Of a stretch of 64,000 bases of DNA, positions 39,363 through 52,007 are shown piece by piece. The translations under genes and the position numbers were made by a program. Source of the DNA: Octopus vulgaris (lineage: Eukaryota); assembly GCA_951406725.2 (NCBI GenBank), contig OX597824.1:74028001-74092000 (forward strand), given 5' to 3'. Under the pieces are notes generated by a model that had not been told where the DNA came from, searched no databases, and saw only the letters and a program-made list of their open reading frames with translations. Positions within the stretch are counted from its first letter, which is position 1. Each line of letters begins with the position of its first letter.

Positions 39363-41006
39363 TTACATTAGACAGAGTCATCTGAATGGTAAAGGGTTAA
39401 AGTAGCGTCCAGTCATATCAATAGAGCCAGCTCTGTATACTCCCATAATTACGTCAACCGATACTGCACTCTGCAGAAATATTAGAAATTGTGAATTTCT
39501 CAAAGGACATTAGCTTCTTTAAGAATATAGCTATTTAATAAAAAGAGTAAAATGGCATAGTGTAGGCTTCCTTAAATTGATGAGGCTGTGGCTGATGCCA
39601 AGCTGAATAGCTGTAGGAAAATATGGGGACAAAGGGGAAAATGCAGGGGTCTGTCTGAATGCTTTCTTCTTCTTGAACCCTTTGCTTGCTAAAGAGTATA
39701 GGTAATCAACATGTTTGCATGGTTTTCTTCACGCTGGGCTGTCTTTTCTGCTTCTTCAATTGGATCCGTTTTTTTTTTTTGTCTCAGTATCCCATCTCAT
39801 ATGTATCCGAGGGAAGCCCTACCCCCACTCTTCCAGGAATTGTTGTTTATGAATTGTCATCAATGCTTCTATAACTGAGCTTTCTTTCTAGTTATAGGTG
39901 TTGGCCCTATCCAAACCTATATTTTATCACTTTGACCTATCCATATATTTTATCCTTTGACCTGTCCAAATGAAAGGCCCTCCTAGGGTCTTACACTTTA
40001 CTGGCATGACTCACAGGGTTGAGGGGGCACACAAGCCATCACACAGCAACAAGGACTGTGGTGTTGTCTGAGAACTCAAATCCACTAAAAACATTCAAGT
40101 GTCACAAGGTGGTTGTTAAACTAGGTGACTTGTTAGGTCAAGTCTATCAATATGAATAATGAGTTGTATTCATACAGCTTGAGAATAACCTCAGTAGATA
40201 GACTTCAATTTATTTCAGACTAAGGGAAGAAAAACTAACACAAGAGATCTGATAATGAGGAGTGCTGCAATCTAACATGGACGATTTTAAATAGAGAATG
40301 GAACCAGTTTGATGACATTCTATCATCATTGTGAAATTAAACAGTTTCACCTGCTTCATCATTGGCCACTCCCACCCCTCTTAGCATTCACTCAACATTT
40401 GTTCTTCATTCATAATATTTGCCACCTCCTCACTCATTCTCCATCTCTCACTCTTCCAACCTCCATACTCCCAGTTCTCCTGCACCTATTCACTTCTACT
40501 CGCTTCATATCTTGTGAGTCCACACAGCACAGACACCTCATTACTCCTACTTTTATTTTTTCCATGCTACCCACCAATCACCCCCACCACTATTCTAAAA
40601 TGAAAGCAGCCATGTAGAGCCTCTACAGTAGGAACCTGTTCTGCTCAGGTCCCTTCTCTCATATTTTAAACCATCATCCCTAGGCATAAAGCCACCCCTA
40701 CAGGGCTTGTGGTGTTGCGCATTGCATGGCGACCTCACTAGTGCTGGTGCCACAAAAAGAAGCACTCAGTACATGCTATGAAGTGATTGTCATTAAAAAA
40801 AGCATCCAGTTGTAGAAACCATAGAACATGTGATCAGTGGACCCATTGGATTCTGTCAAACAATCCAATCCAATCCATGCCAGCATGGAATATGGATGTT
40901 AATAATGATGATAATGACATGGTTTCTATGCAGGCGTAGGTAAGATAACTCCTTAATACAACAGTTGTCAGATGAAATTACTTTGAAGACCTTAGTTAAA
41001 ACTTAC

Positions 41007-41136
41007 TTCCAGAAAAATCTGAAGGCAATCTTCTTCAGCATCTCTACAGTGTATGATAATCGGTTTATTCATGTCAACTGCTAGTCTGATTTGATCCCGT
41101 AAAGCCCGTTTTTGATCATCTATTTGTTGATAAAAC
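41007..41136 (-). CDS. TATDN2: TATDN2-like coding exon 3 (FYQQIDDQKRALRDQIRLAVDMNKPIIIHCRDAEEDCLQIFLE)
   Basis: TatD Q..A..KP+++HxRxA motif. Acceptor tgtttcag and donor GAA|GTAAGT. Confidence 0.93.
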
Positions 41137-41749
41137 CTGAAACAACAATAGCAAGAAAAATTTATATAAAAAAGGGGATATTTATACAAAGGAAGCCACT
41201 TATTATAATCACAGATAATCATATCAAATAGTTATCATTATCAAACAAGGAAACCCTAAATTCATAATTTAAAATGTATTAAAATAATCTGCTTATTAGA
41301 ATCAAAATAGCTGATCACTGCAATCAAAATTTTTAAGTAAACCATGACACACCCAATATGATCCCAACACAGTATGTGTGAGTTTATGTTTAGATGCATA
41401 CATATATAAATCATGGAAGCAATGAACTTGAAAAGAAGACAGCATAGGAGGGAGAAGTTTTAATAAATACTGTATTACTTTAATGTTTAAAAGGAAAACA
41501 GTCTTGATGTTTTGGGTGCTAATTTCATATATTTTTAATGCTTACATGGATCTCTTTACTGTCTTATATATCAAAACACACCAATATATACAAACACGTA
41601 TATGTGTGTATTAAATAAAGAAAAGCACAATTAGTGATAAGACAGATGGTGATGGAATTCTATGTTGGCACCAGGAGTGGAGATACCACTGTGTTAAGCT
41701 TAGTTGGTGAGGCTGGTGCTATTGGTGTGTGTGTGTGTATATATATAAA

Positions 41750-41948
41750 CATGTAACCGCGTGTGTATTGTTGGCGATTTTTTTTCCTCCGTCTTCCCTT
41801 ACTTGGATCTTTCCTTTTCCTATGTTTCTGATGAAGAGCTCCGCTCGAAAAGTTAAATCCTCCTTCTTTCTTTCGTTTCCTGAGCGTCCAATAACACTAT
41901 ACTTGTTCCACGTCCTTGCGTTGTTGTTTTCATGTTTGGATTAACTAT
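41750..41948 (+). mobile_element. Short Penelope-like (pLTR-type) element with minimal hammerhead core
   Basis: GTTT-CTGATGA-A-GAGC-TCC-GCTC-GAAA-AGTT-AAAT at 41824-41858, flanked by (TA)n. A related copy at 28890-29056 lacks the core. Confidence 0.6.
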
Positions 41949-42354
41949 ATAATATATATATATAAATAAATTTAGGTTCTTGTCCAATCACCAGAAGTTA
42001 AGCAACATCAAATCTGATCTGTATTTAAATGGATGTCCATACCTGAAACAACTTTTGAAAGCAATTTTCAAAAGATGATGTTGTGCGAAGCAAAGAATAG
42101 CTTAGCACCACGGTAGCTTGTGATCAAGAATCTCACTCAATAATAACCCTTTTAATACCAACCCACCCAGAACCGCATCAAGTTCTATGAAATAATTTTA
42201 AGTGATTACATTTAGAAACCATCCACTGAGAGTTTATGCAAGCTTAAATTATGTCTTGGGTACCAACTTAATAATAACAAAATTATTTACAAAATAATCC
42301 TTGATAAATTCTAAACTTAAACAGAAACACTTGAGATGTGGGCAATCTTTTACT

Positions 42355-42720
42355 TCCATGCCGGAGCACCGCCTTCTTTTTAGTCCAGAAAATCGACCCC
42401 AGGACTTATTCCTTGTAAGCCCATGACTTATTCTATCGGTCTCTTTTGCCGAACCGCTAAGTTACGGGGACGTAAACACACCAGCATCGGTAGTCAAGCG
42501 ATGTTAGAGTGACAAACACAGACACACAAACATATACACACACACACATACATACATATACGACATGCTTCTTTCAGTTTCTGTCTACCAAATCCACTCA
42601 CAAGGCTTTGGTCGGCCTGAGGCTATAGTAGAAGACACTTGCCCAAGGTACCATGCTGTGGGAATGAACCCGGAACCATGTGGTTGGTAAGCTAGCTACT
42701 TACCACACAGCCACTTCTGC
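42355..42720 (-). mobile_element. SINE family C
   Basis: Reverse complement of 49721-50070. Confidence 0.8.
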
Positions 42721-42949
42721 ATTTGTCAGCTGCATCAACAATATGAGCCAATGAGAGGGACCCTATATGTTGCACTCTCTCAAATCACACCCTACCGTCT
42801 TAAAAAGCAGAAGACGTATAGAATCAGCTAGTTCTAAATACATTATGCCTGAAAAAAGAAAACTAACAAAAGAAGAAAAAAAATGACAGAATGGTCATGA
42901 CTGGAAAATCTCTGGTTCAAAGGTCCTACTTAATCAAGACTGATTTGGG

Positions 42950-43352
42950 GGATCTTTTCGGTTTGAACAGCAGTTTTTTAAAATAATTTCCACGTAACTA
43001 AACACTTTTAAACTTCGTATACTGGTAGAATGTGTTTATAAAACATCTTTTTCTCTTGGCTTTATTGAGAAAATTCTATAGTTTGTAAAATACTTGTTTT
43101 TTTGCTTCAATTTCTGCAATTTCAACCAATCAATGACGTTTATTTGAGGTGAAAACATTCTGTGCCGTATGAATATGTCCCTCGTTTAAGAGACAGATTG
43201 GGTTTATTTACATTTCTGAAGAAAAAAGGTACCCTTCCCCCCAACCCTAAAACAGATTGAAATGCAATAGATCGATACTAGGGACATAATTATGGGTCAC
43301 AATTTCATATGACACCGCTAGAAAAAAATTGCCGTTCAAACCGAAAAGATCC
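42950..43352. mobile_element. Merlin-like MITE in a TATDN2 intron
   Basis: TIRs with 8-bp TSD GATTTGGG. Ends 35 nt from the exon 2 donor. Confidence 0.87.
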
Positions 43353-43387
43353 GATTTGGGAAACTTAACACAAACATTGATACTCAC

Positions 43388-43559
43388 GTTCCAGAGTAGT
43401 CTAATCCTATCTCTCCGACAGCTACAATGGATGGCACTTGCAACAGGCAATCCTTCAGTTGCTGCATTCGCTCAGCAGTGAAATACTTCACCTTCTTTGG
43501 GTGACATCCCATTGCTATCCACACGTTGTCTTCCATGATGAAGCTACATAGTAGACTTC
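43388..43559 (-). CDS. TATDN2: TATDN2-like coding exon 2 (GSLLCSFIMEDNVWIAMGCHPKKVKYFTAERMQQLKDCLLQVPSIVAVGEIGLDYSGT)
   Basis: TatD GxHP and VGEIGLDY motifs. Acceptor cttgcag and donor AC|GTGAGT. Phases 1 and 2 match the neighbouring exons. Confidence 0.93.
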
Positions 43560-43873
43560 CTGCAAGAGATCAAAATTTGAAATCATTTCATATTTATAAA
43601 ACATCTCTTTCTCTCTCTCTCACTTTTTTAATGTGGGTGCAGGCATGGTTGTGTGGTTAAAAACTACTTCCCAACCACATGGTTTTGAGTTCAGTCCCAC
43701 TGTAGGGTACTTTGGGAAAGTGCCTTTTATTATAGCCCCGAGACTGACCGAAATCTTGTGAGTGGATTTAATAGGTGGAAACTGAAAGAATCCCATCACA
43801 GAACACTGGATTTGATGTAATCTGCTAGTCCCCTCTCCCAAGGATTTCAGGTCCTGTGCCCACAATAGAAAGG

Positions 43874-43906
<33 letters not shown>

Positions 43907-44963
43907 GTTTTCAGGAAGCCAACAGAATCGTTAGCGCACCAGGTAAAATGCTTAGTGGCATTTGGTCCGTCCTTACATTCTGCCAAGGTTGACTTTGCCT
44001 TTCATCCTTTCAGGGTGGATAAATTAAGTACCAGTTGACTGGGGTCAATGTAATTGAGTAGTCCCCTCCCCACAAATTTCAGGCTTTGTGCCTGTAGTAG
44101 AAAGGATTATTATTATTATTATTATTGCCGTAGTTCAAATCTCACCAAGGTTAACATTGCCTTTCATCCTTTCAAGGTTGATAAAATAAAGTACCTGTCA
44201 AATAATGAGGTCAATGTAAGCAATTACGTCCAGTCTCCTGAAAATTGCTGGCCTTGTGCCAAAATTCAAAACTTATTATTATATCATTATCATTTATTAT
44301 TGCAGCTGAAGAAATTTTTTTTTTTCTTTTCTTTTCTTTTCTTTGCAAAAATACAACAACAAGAGACAATTGAACCACGATTGAGCTAGAAAGGTTAGGC
44401 TGAAATAGATCCCACTCATTCCCTAATTCACGCCTCAGTGATTAGCAATAGCAATGGAATGCATTTAGCCGTAAAAACAATTGCTTCAGCAATATGCAAT
44501 ATTGCATATTTGCATGTGAATCAATGCAACAATGATTCTCTTAATAGTTGCATGTTATTCCAGCTTGCTAACCAATGAACCGTAAAAAAAAACCCAAGGA
44601 ATCAGAATGAAGAAGATAAATAAATGAAGATAAGGAAGGCTTATTTGTTTCAGTGAAGAAGCCTGAAGCAAGCAGAGTTACTAATGTGGCATGCTTGAAT
44701 GAATATACAATTTAATGACTCCAGCTAGGGTTTAAACTTGCGACCTTTTGGCAGTTAGTGCATCAGCACTTTCTGTTGCCTCTAACCATGTGCTCAGCAT
44801 ACATCTGTGATCAATCATCAACACAATCATCTCACAGCGCACAAACACTAAATCCATGAATAATGAATGACCTTGAGAAAAAAAATTTTTTTATGGGGAT
44901 ACAGACAACCTAATCTCTCTTACATTATGTGTGTGCATGTTGTGTATATATATGTACATACAA

Positions 44964-44995
<32 letters not shown>

Positions 44996-45303
44996 TATTA
45001 ATTGAAATGTACAGTACTGTATATCCATTACAGCTGATCTTATCGGTTTCACACAAGGGGTTCAACAGCGTTAGGTAACAGTCCGATTATGTAACCCTGT
45101 GCTCTTCAGAGGTAGCCATTGTTGGAGGTGGGTAGACACATCGACTGACTTATGGACTCTTAGATGAATATATATCACCATAGATACTCATTTTGCACTC
45201 CCACCTCAACTTTCTCTGTATCTCTCTTCTACACTCTTTCCTCTTCTCTTCATACAACGTAAAGCATTACCAGAGAAACCAACCAACATTTATACGAGTT
45301 ATT

Positions 45304-45980
45304 CATCATCATCATCATCATCATCATTTAACGTCCGCTTTCCATGCTAGCATGGGTTGGACAATTTGACTGAGGACTGGTGAACCAGATGGCTGCGCCA
45401 GGCTCCAATCTGATCTGACAGAGTTTCTACAGCTGGTTGCCCTTCCTAATGCCAACCACTCCAGGAGTGTAGTGGGTGCTTTTACGTGCCACCGGCATGG
45501 GGGCCAGTCAGGCGGTACTGGCAATGGTCACGCTCAAGTGATGTTTTTTACATGCCACCTGCACGGGGTCCAGTCCAGCGGCACTGGCAATGACCTCGCT
45601 CAAATGTTTTTCATGTGCCACCAGCACAAGTGCCAGTAAGGCGGCGCTGGTAACGATCACATTTGAATGGTGCTTTTCATGTGCCACCGGTACGGAAGCC
45701 AGTCAGCTGTGCTGGCAGCGATCACACTCAGATGGTGATCTTAGCACTCCAGTGGCACAGGTGCCAGTCATCAAATTTGATTTGATTTTGATTTCACTTG
45801 CCTCAAGAGGTCTTCGCAAGCAGAGTTTAGTGTCTAATGAAGGAAAGGTACACCTAAGTGGGCTGGTTACACCCCTGGCATAGGCCACTGGTTATGGTCT
45901 CATTTGGCTTGCTGGGTCTTCGCACGCACTGCATATTTCCAAAGGTCTCAGTCACTTGTCATTGCCTCAGCGAGGCAAGA
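45304..45980 (-). mobile_element. Same (GAT)n-tailed retroposon family, with diverged ~65-bp internal units
   Basis: Same tail and GTGCCAC-containing units as 37285-37700. Confidence 0.75.
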
Positions 45981-46240
45981 ACAGAGATGACAAACGATTT
46001 TATGAACTTCGTTAATTTACAGTTGTCTCCACTAACTCATAGTTGAGTGCCTGAGTAACACCTTACAGTTTCATCAGAGCCTCAAACCCAAAGTGCAATT
46101 TATTAGAGAAAAACAAATACATTTAAGCATATATATTGGTTGTTACTATGTAGAAAAACTAATATATGGTAAAACAACAAGCATGGGATAAGAAAGTAAA
46201 AATACAAAAAAGAAAGCTAAATAGTTTCAATAAGACTAAC

Positions 46241-48035
46241 CTTTAGAATCAAATTTCCAAGGATCACAAAAAACAGTTAAGCAACCAGCAAATTCTTTTG
46301 GAAATGTTGTCCAATTTGCCTCTTTAAATTCTTTGAAATTTGAAAACTGTTTGTCTGATTTGCTTTTCAGATCATCAAAGATTCTATCTAGGTGACAATG
46401 AGTATCGAAGTATTTGTAGCCAGCTGCTGAACATCGTGATCGAAAGCTTTCTTCCCAAGATTTGGTTATTCTTTCAGTATGGTCACCGTGTGTTAGTGAT
46501 GTCTGTTTATTCCCATATGAAGAAGTGTTAATTCTCCCATTGTTTGCGATGCTACTTATTCTATGCCGTAGGTCTTTCGGAGAAACTTCATTTCCATTGA
46601 CGACAAAACTAGATGTTAGTTTATTTCTAGAGTTGAAACCGTTACCATTAGAACTGGGATCATTGGAGACTGTCCGCCATCGTGTGTTAATCCGATGTTT
46701 AGAGCGATGCCTGTTGTTTACTCCATTATCAGAAAATTGGTTTCCATTGGGTGAATAGTTATTTGTTTTGTATAAAACATGATTTTCAGGTGATCTGCTG
46801 TTGTATTGATTCTCTTTCTCAACTGAATTCCTCAGAACATGTGGTGACATGCTACAATTACTATCATCGTCATCATCATCATCATAATCACTGTTATTAC
46901 CCTTAAGATGAAGTCGATCAAATTCTCTCATTTCTTCAGCCCAGCTCAGAGGTTTGCTTTCCACAGCAGTCTTTTCAGTAGTGTTGTCTTCAGCTGGAAT
47001 TTCAGAACTGTCCCACGATATGTCTGGACTCTTCAACAAGCCTCTGTCCAATGAGGCTCTTGGAGATTTTTCTTCCTGTTGTTGTAGTTCTTCCTCTTGA
47101 TCACAGGAGTCAAACTGTCCAGCTGACATGTCTGGACTCTTCAATGAGCTTCTGTCCAATGAAACTCTTGGAGATTTTTTTTCAGCCATTGTAGACTTTT
47201 TAGCTAAGCGAGCTCTCCCTTTACCCAAAATTCTGGGATTCTCACGTTTGTTTCGTAAAACACCATTAGATGAGGAGTTTGGATGAGAATTATTGTGTAC
47301 TGTATGCTGATTGCGGATCACAGTACCACAAGTATCTGCAGATGTCAAAGAATCAGATTCTTTACTATGGCCATTCCTTTCTTCCGATTCCATCTTCAAG
47401 TAATCTTCCATAAGGGAAAGCAGCCTTCCTCTTCCTGCTGCCTTGAATTTATTTGTTCCTTGTGAGTTTGAGGAGTATGGCTGCCTAGCACGACCGAACT
47501 GTCTGGAACAACCAAAATCATGACTAACCTCCTTAGTCACACCAAATTCACCCTCATCTAGAAAAGATGTATTATTCAAAGTATCTGATAAAGTCTTGTG
47601 GATGCCATTATTCATCTGGTCCTTGCTGGTATAAGTAACGATAAGTTGTTGTCTGTTAGGGGAAGTTTTATTATTAAACTTGTTTGATGGAACCCTGCTA
47701 GCTCTCGGAATATTACGCTGTTGTTTGTATGGAGAGGATTCGTTATTTAACTTGTTGGACAGAATTTTGTGGAGACCATTTACTTGATCCTTTGGGGCGA
47801 TTGAAACAGTACGTTGCTGTCTGCTTGGAGAAGACTCCAGGTGTTGATGTTGATGTGTAATAGCAGTGTTCGCAGTGTTTCTGTGAGCGACATTGACACA
47901 GCTGTTGTTGTTGTTGTTGTATTCTGGTTCATCATCAATTAAAGAAGACTTCTGCTGTGATTCGTTTTCTGCATTCATGCGACGTGCAGGGAACACGTAC
48001 AATGCACGATCTGGCTTTTTATGCTTCTTGAACAT
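46241..48035 (-). CDS. TATDN2: TATDN2-like TatD nuclease, first coding exon (long low-complexity N-terminus plus start of TatD domain)
   Basis: Long ORF ending ...YKYFDTHCHLDRIF...GCLTVFCDP, the TatD HxH motif. ATG at 48035 is in AAAATG context with an in-frame TAG upstream. Acceptor ttttccag lies before 48096 and donor G|GTTAGT follows 46241 (phase 1). Confidence 0.92.
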
Positions 48036-48096
48036 TTTTGCAGAATCCACCACCGCGTGAGAACTCTACTGACTCTTCCAAAGTAAAACAGCCACA
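48036..48096 (-). other. TATDN2: 5' UTR portion of the TATDN2 first coding exon
   Basis: Polypyrimidine tract plus CAG acceptor at 48097-48110 and an in-frame stop before the ATG. This implies at least one upstream non-coding exon, which was not located. Confidence 0.6.
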
Positions 48097-48142
48097 CTGG
48101 AAAACAAGTAAAGGTGACATTAGACATACATAATATATAATA

Positions 48143-48364
48143 TGTTTCTTTATTACCCACAAGGGGCTAAACATAGAGGGGACAAACAAAGGGATTAAGT
48201 CGATTACATCGACCCCAGTGCGTAACTGGTACTTAATTCATCGACCCCGAAAGGATGAAAGGCAAAGTCGACCTAGGCGGAATTTGAACTCAGAACGTAG
48301 TGACGGGCGAAATACTGCGAAGCACTTTGCCAGCATGCTAACGTCTCTGCCAGCTCGCCACCTT
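48143..48364 (-). mobile_element. SINE family A next to the TATDN2 acceptor
   Basis: 17-bp TSD ATACATAATATATAATA. Confidence 0.85.
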
Positions 48365-49113
48365 ATACATAATATATAATACACACAGTCAACACATACA
48401 TAAAAGCAGTAAATTCACAGAGTTATTAGACACACTGCCATGCAATATTTGCTCAGCCTGGACATAGTAATGTAAACAATAGTGAACAAACAACACCATT
48501 TGGATGTGTTTTGCTTTGTAAAGAACAAGCAACAAGTCAAGAAGAAGCCCAGACTTGCTTTTGTGGTGATACAAGCAAACAACATTACCTGTTTGATCAA
48601 TGAAGCTTTTGTTTACAAACAGTGAATGCACATGATGACAGATGGTAACAAAAGTTCACTCACACAAGAGCGTATATCATCATTTTAATACTCTTTTTAC
48701 TCTTACTTGTTTCAGTCATTTGACTGCTGCCATGCTGGAGCACCGCTTTGCTTTTCATCTTTTTAGGGTTGATAAAATAAGTACGTAATCAATTAGCCCA
48801 TTCCCCTAAAAAAAAAACTCATGTCTTGTGCCTATAGAAGATAGGATTATTACTAATATCAAAATTGCAAGCTGACAGAATCATTAGGAGTTCAAATTCA
48901 GTCTTGGGCAACTGCTTTTCATCCTCTTGGGGTCAATAAAATGAAGTACTAGTTGAGCATTGGGTGATGTAATCAACTAACCCCAACACCCTGAAATTGC
49001 TGGCCTTGTGCCAAAATTAAAAAGTGTTACTCAGAAGTGGCAGAAATGACAGAGCAGCAGTTGGCAGTATTCATAGCCATGCCTCTATGTCTGAGGCTCA
49101 AACCTTGCCACTG

Positions 49114-49210
49114 TCCGGCAGTACATATACTAAAATTGGAACAATACAGAGAAGATTAGCATGGTCCCTGCGCAAGGATAACACGCAAATTCGTGAAGCG
49201 TTCCATATTT
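49114..49210 (+). pseudogene. RNU6: U6 snRNA retro-copy, 5'-truncated
   Basis: CGGCAGTACATATACTAAAATTGGAACAATACAGAGAAGATTAGCATGGTCCCTGCGCAAGGATAACACGCAAATTCGTGAAGCGTTCCATATTT matches U6, including the ACAGAGA box. It lacks the first arm of the 5' stem-loop, has 3 substitutions, shows no upstream TATA and is embedded in SINE sequence. Confidence 0.9.
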
Positions 49211-49215
49211 AACAG

Positions 49216-49445
49216 GGCGGTGAGCTGGCAGAAACGTTAGCACGCCAGGCGAAATGCTTAGCGGTATTTCATCTGTCGTTATGTTCTGAGTTTAAATTCT
49301 GCTGAGGTCGACTTTGCCTTTCATCCTTTCGGGGTCGATAAATAAAGTACCAGTTTAGCACTGGGGTCGATGTAATCGACTTAATCCCTTTGTATGTCCT
49401 TGTTTGTCCCCTCTATGTTTAGCCCCTTGTGGGTAGTAAAGAAAT
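49216..49445 (+). mobile_element. SINE family A directly after the U6 copy
   Basis: Full family A copy. Confidence 0.85.
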
Positions 49446-49720
49446 ATATTTTTCAAGAATTGATAAAGGAGGTTATTCTCTTACTGGCTTCAGTCAAATG
49501 TGGCCATGCTAGAGCCTTACCTTTTAGGGTGGAGTTTTATTGACTTGTTATTCATTCAACTCCAAAAGGATGAACCAACAAAGGAGCTGCTACACCAGAA
49601 AATTGGTAAATATAATATGCTCCAGAATGGCCTTAGCCACACAAACTTAAGTGTTGGAAGACAGTTTGAGAGTGTAATTTAGCTGAATAGAGAGAATACG
49701 ATAGCAATTAAAGATAGATA

Positions 49721-50108
49721 GGCGCAGGAGTGGCTATGTGGTAAGTAGCTTGCTTACCAACCACATGGTTCCAGGTTCAGTCCCACTGCGTGGCATCTTG
49801 GGCAAATGTCTTCTGTTATAGCCTCGGGCCGACCAATGCCTTGCGAGTGGATTTGGTAGACGGAAACTGAAAGAAGCCTGTCGTATAAATATGTATGTGT
49901 GTGTATATGTTTGTCCCCCTAGCATTGCTTGACAACCGATGCTGGTGTGTTTACGTCCCCGTCACTTAGCGGTTCGGCAAAAGAGACCGATAGAATAAGT
50001 ACTAGGCTTACAAAGAATAAGTCCTGGGGGTCGATATTTATCGACTAAAGGCGGTGCTCCAGCATGGCCGCAGTCAAATGACTGAAACAAGTAAAAGAAT
50101 AAAAGAGT
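49721..50108 (+). mobile_element. SINE family C, full length
   Basis: GGCGCAGGAGTGGCTATGTGGTAAG head through to the GTAAAAGA tail. Confidence 0.85.
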
Positions 50109-50612
50109 ATATAGTAAAGGAAAAAGGGAGAGAAAAATAGAGGTGGGGAGAGCAAGAAAATACAAAAAGGGAAAGATTGAGGAGAAAGAGAAAGAAAATA
50201 GTGGCAAAGTGAGTAATAAGACCAGACAGGTTAAACTGGCAAGAGAGGAGGAAAGGTGTATGTTATGTAGAGCAGTATGTAGCACATCAACCTCTCAAAC
50301 TGAGTAGGAAGAACCATTTTCGAAGGTTGACGGTGTCTGCCGTCGAAAAAAAAAAGACAGAGCGAGGTGGTTGTTGTGATTGTTACCACCGAGGCTGTTG
50401 CATCATCTCATTTATGTCAAGATGATATAGAAAGAGTGCAGTGGTGGTGGTGGTGGTGATGGTGATGAGGAGGGACTAGAGACACAGCTTCTATGTTATA
50501 AAGCACTCAATTATTAATCCTTCCATTTCTTTGACTCTTTTCCACTGGTTTTTGCTCACTAGGACATTGACATCCATCCAATCACACTTACTCTCGCTCT
50601 CTTTCATAACCT

Positions 50613-51778
50613 GTGTGTATGTATATATATACACATACACATATATATATACACATATATATATACATATACATACATACATATATATATACACATATAC
50701 ATACATACATATATATATACACATATACATACATACATACATATATATATATACATACATATATATATACATACATATATATATACACATATACATACAT
50801 ACATACATATATATATATATACATACATATATATATACATACATATATATATACATACATATATATATACATACATATATATATATACACACATATATAT
50901 ATACATACATATATATATACATACATATATATATATACACACATATATATATACATACACACATATATATATATATACATACACACATATATATACATAT
51001 ATATATACATACACACATATATATACATATATATATACATACACACATATATATACATATATATATACATACACACATATATATACATATATATATACAT
51101 ACACACATATATACATATATATATACATACACACATATATATACATATATATATACATACACACATATATATACATATATATATACATACACACATATAT
51201 ATACATATATATATACATACACACATATATATACATATATATATACATACACACATATATATACATATATATATACATACACACATATATATACATATAT
51301 ATATACATACACACATATATACACATATATATATACATACACACATATATACACATATATATATACACACATATATACATATATATATACACACATATAT
51401 ATACATATATATATACATACACACATATATATACATATATATATACACACACATATATATACATATATATATACATCTATATATACACACATATATATAC
51501 ACATATATATACACACACATATATACATATATATACACACACATATATACATATATATATACACACATATATATACATATATATATACACACATATATAT
51601 ACATATATATATACACACATATATATACATATATATATACATACACACATATATATACATATATATATACACACATATATATACATATATATATACACAC
51701 ATATATATACATATATATATACACACATATATATACATATATATATACACACATATATATACATATATATATACACAC

Positions 51779-51819
<41 letters not shown>

Positions 51820-51822
51820 CAC

Positions 51823-51905
<83 letters not shown>

Positions 51906-52007
51906 TATATACATACATATATATATATATATAATAATATATACATATATATATATATTATACACACATATATATATACATATATATATACACATATATA
52001 TATATAT
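50613..52007. repeat. 1.4-kb (TA/CA)n tract with a ~30-bp higher-order period
   Basis: The unit ATATACATACACACATATATATACATATAT repeats perfectly around 51121-51300. Confidence 0.96.

Noticed and set aside
48036-48053. GTG start of the 605-aa ORF
   Set aside because: This is a eukaryotic gene, so the first in-frame ATG is at 48035. The ORF's TAG end lies within the GTTAGT splice donor.
49024-49212. 62-aa ORF, or a functional U6 gene
   Set aside because: The ORF is a shadow of the U6 sequence. The U6 copy is 5'-truncated, mutated and has no evident promoter.
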